A stretch of DNA of 64,000 nt from positions 35,030,001-35,094,000 of the forward strand of contig NC_090332.1 of NCBI RefSeq assembly GCF_035084215.1. The letters run 5' to 3'. The notes beneath the pieces are model-generated. The model made no database searches, was not told the origin of the DNA, and worked only from the letters and a program-made list of their open reading frames with translations. Position 1 is the stretch's first letter. Every line of letters begins with the position of its first letter. Position numbers and translations under genes: made by a program. Of the stretch, positions 60,861-64,000 are shown in pieces. The stretch comes from Heptranchias perlo (taxonomy: Eukaryota).

Positions 60861-62607
60861 GGAACAGAACCTTTCTGAAGCCTTTGTGAAATAGTTTCAT
60901 AAGATCTACCTATCAATGGCACTTTTACTGGTTCTGATTTTAATTGTAAGGAGTTAGACAGCTTTAATTGCAAGTTGATGTAAAAACAATCAAATTTATA
61001 AATGTAAAGAAACTCATACAATTGCAGTGCCTACCTTTGTTTTTTTTAGATGGTAGTCTGCAATTGTAGGATATTGCAATGCCAGTGTTGCAGATAGTAT
61101 TTCTTCACTGGAGGGAGGGGGCAATGTGCTGGAGATGTACCTTGGACAGTACTAAAGCATGTGCAAAATAATACTTTGCTTTTCACTAAGCAACTTATAG
61201 AAGCTGCACTAACTTACAGATGTTTCTTTGAAGACTAAAATTACACCTGAGTACACTGTAGTCCACTGTTTTAGAATACTTTCCTAGGTTCTATAAAGAT
61301 TACGGGGCAGAAGTTGGTTCGCGTTGGCAGGCCAGCGCGAACTGGGTGCAGGAAACTATCCCTACGCCGAAACAGGTAGACCCGAAGCCTGATCAATATC
61401 GAGCTTCGGACTTTGTTTTAACGAGACCAGCAAGCTTCAGACCCAAGCCGCACATCCCCAGGCAGTTCACTGAAGAAGTCAGGATGAATGTCGGGTTGCT
61501 GCTACACTGGCAGCAGCCCTCAGGTAGGTTCTGAGGGGGAGGAAGTGATCGGGAGGTGGGCCAAGCGTGGGCTGGCAGCAGCCCCCAGTAGTTCTATGGA
61601 GCTGGGAGGAGCACTCCTTCTCCTCCCGGCTCCACATTAGGTTAACCACTTAAAAAAAACTTACCATTTTGGCAGCAGTCTCCAGCGGTCCCTTTAAGGA
61701 CCATTGGTTGGGTCATATGTAGATCAAGTAACCCTGATTGGAGCAGGCCCTACATTCAGGGCAAACAAATTTCCGGAATACGGACATACAAAAACATCGG
61801 ACATGAAAAGACCACCTGGTCCATCTAGCCTGTCCCATTCAGTTGTGATGCCTTATGCATAATGTCAAGCGACTCCTTACCCTTTAGGTGCCATGTAGTC
61901 TCCTGGGAGAGGTGAAAAACCAGAACAAAAACCCAAAGCCAATTAGGGAAAAATATCTGGAAAATTCCTCTCCCACCCCTCTAGGCAGTCAAAATTAGTC
62001 CAGCAGACACTTTCAGTGTGAAATGATGTCATCTCATCACAAATCATGTGAGCCCTGACCACATTTAACAAATTCGACTAAAATTGGCAACTACTGGAAT
62101 ATGTACATCATGTCAGATGTGCTTTAGGTTGTTATTAAATGTTTCATGAAAGAAGTCAGCCTGCACAAAACCTCCCAAAGAAGACATCAAAACCCCTTTA
62201 AAGTGGCTTAAGTCAGGAAACCATTTGGTGTGGCATGAGCATTAGTAGAAGTGGAGACTATTGTGAATATGGTAATTATGGATTTGTAGTTCTGGAAGTC
62301 GCAACATTTGGGATTTAATTTGATTCAGGTATCCTGCAGGATATTTCGGCAACGTTGATGGAAAATAAGAATGTGGTTTTATGCAGGCCAAAAACAGCAG
62401 GAGGAAAAGAGCATTATTTAACTACCAGACTGGCACAAACCTTGAGTGTTCTGCAAGAAAAAAAATCTTTCCAGAGTTGCATTGACCTGGAATTCCATTT
62501 GTGCCAGTAAATTTCAATATTTTTGTATAGAAAGCAACATTATGACCTCTCGATGCTGTATCTGTAAAAACATATAGGTCAAACAATAGCAATGTCTTCA
62601 GTTTTAA

Positions 62608-63270
62608 GGGTGAGTGCGATATTTGGGGGTATCAGTGTCATTTATTTTTGAGGGTATCAGTGAGTGTTATTTTTTGGGTATAGTAGTGAGTGTTATTTTA
62701 TGGGTACATCAATAATTGTTATTTTATAGGTATATCAGTGAGCGTTTCATTTTTCGGGTATCGGTGAGTGTTATTTTGGGGATATTAGTGTGTGTTATAT
62801 TTTAGGGTTTCAGTGAGTCCTTTCTTTAGAGTATTACCGTATATTATTTTATGAGCATATTAGTGAGTGTTATTTTTTAGGTTATCGGTATATATTATTT
62901 TTGAGAATATCAGTGAGTGTTGTTTTATGGGACTATCAGTGAGTGTTATTTTATGGGTATATCAGTGAGTATTATTTTATGGGTATATCAGTAAGTTGTT
63001 TTATGGGACTATCAGTGAATGTTATTTTTCGAGGTGTCAGTGTGTGTTATTTTATGGATATATCAGTGAGGGTTCTTTTTGGGCTCTTATTTTATCAGTG
63101 TATGTTTTTGGAGGGGTACCAGTGTATGTTATTTTTGGAGTTATCACTGAATGTTATTTTGAGGTTTCAGTGTATTGTTTTATGGGGTACAAATATGTTC
63201 TTTTTGGGGTTATCAGTGCATTTTATTTATGCATTTATGCATTTATCAGTGAGTGTGATTTTATTGGGAA
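62608..63270 (+). repeat. Degenerate minisatellite, unit about 28-30 bp (consensus approximately gggtatatcagtgagtgttattttat)
   Basis: About 20 tandem head-to-tail units, each containing a tatcagtg(agtgt)tatttt-like core. Strongly T/G-skewed. Confidence 0.9.
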
Positions 63271-63273
63271 TTA

Positions 63274-64000
63274 TAGAATCAGAGAATCATAGAAAATTTA
63301 TGGCACAGAAGGAGGCCATTTGGCCCATCGTGTCCACGCCAGCTGAAAACGAGCCACCCAGCCTAATCCCACTTTCCAGCACTTGGTCCGTAGCCTTGTA
63401 GGTCACGGCATTTCAGGTGCATATCCAAGTATATTTTAAATGAGTTGAGGGTTTCTGCCTCTACCACCCTTTCAGGCAGTGACTTCCAGACCCCCACCAC
63501 CCTCTCGGTGAAATTTTTTTTTCTCAGCTCCCATCTAATCCTTCTACCAATCACTTTAAATCTATGCCCCCTGGTTATTGACCTCTCTGCTAAGAGAAAT
63601 AGGTCCTTCCTATCCACTCTATCTAGGCCTCTCATAATTTTGTACATCTCAATTAAATCACCCCTCAGCCTCCTCTGTTCCAAAGAGAAACAACCCAGCC
63701 CATCCAATTTTTCTTCATAGCTAAAATTCTCCAGTCCTGGCAACATCCTCGTAAATCTTCTCTGTACCCTCTCCAGTGCAATTACATCTTTCCTGTAATG
63801 TGGTGACCAGAACTGTACACAGTACTCAAGCTGTGGCCTAACCAATGTTTTATACAGTTCCAGCATAACCTTCCTGCCCTTATATTCTATGCTTAGGCTA
63901 ATAAAGGAAAGTATTCCATATGCCTTCTTAACCACCTTATCTACATGTCCTGCTATCTTCAGGGATCTGTGGACATGCACTCCAAGGTCCTTCACGTCCT
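63274..64000 (-). mobile_element. CR1 3' portion, runs off the window end
   Basis: ORF 63363-63995 (DLGVHVHRSLK...YKTLVRPQLEYCVQFWSP) and tail tagaatcagagaatcatag. Confidence 0.95.

Noticed and set aside
62608-63270. CRISPR-like array or membrane-protein ORFs (62943-63401, 62996-63292)
   Set aside because: Units are head-to-tail and degenerate with no unique spacers. The context is eukaryotic, and the hydrophobic ORFs are by-products of the T/G-rich minisatellite.

Overview
Eukaryotic, repeat-dense vertebrate genomic DNA. The repeat repertoire (CR1 LINEs with (TTCTATGA)n-type tails, Deu-SINE, LF-SINE-like and L2 fragments) suggests a cartilaginous fish; this is inference. The only host gene visible is the 3' end of an mARC/MOSC-domain gene (MTARC1/2-like) on the + strand: a 72-bp exon at 4393-4464 and the terminal exon at 20292-20421. 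Nearly all other ORFs in the track are LINE or transposon fragments or antisense shadows. The most notable content is a stratified set of PIF/Harbinger DNA transposons. Two young ~3.3-kb copies (8994-12294 and 48705-52028) keep a 3-exon Myb/SANT-like gene and only the transposase N-terminus, and they share one deletion of the whole DDE core. An older full two-gene relative lies at 22351-26540. There are also further transposase and Myb fossils and several MITEs with GGG-starting TIRs and 3-bp A-initial TSDs. Two solo LTRs, a probable pogo/Tigger-like element, multi-level nested insertions, a minisatellite and candidate conserved non-coding blocks are also present. Boundaries were read by eye, and those of old repeats are approximate.
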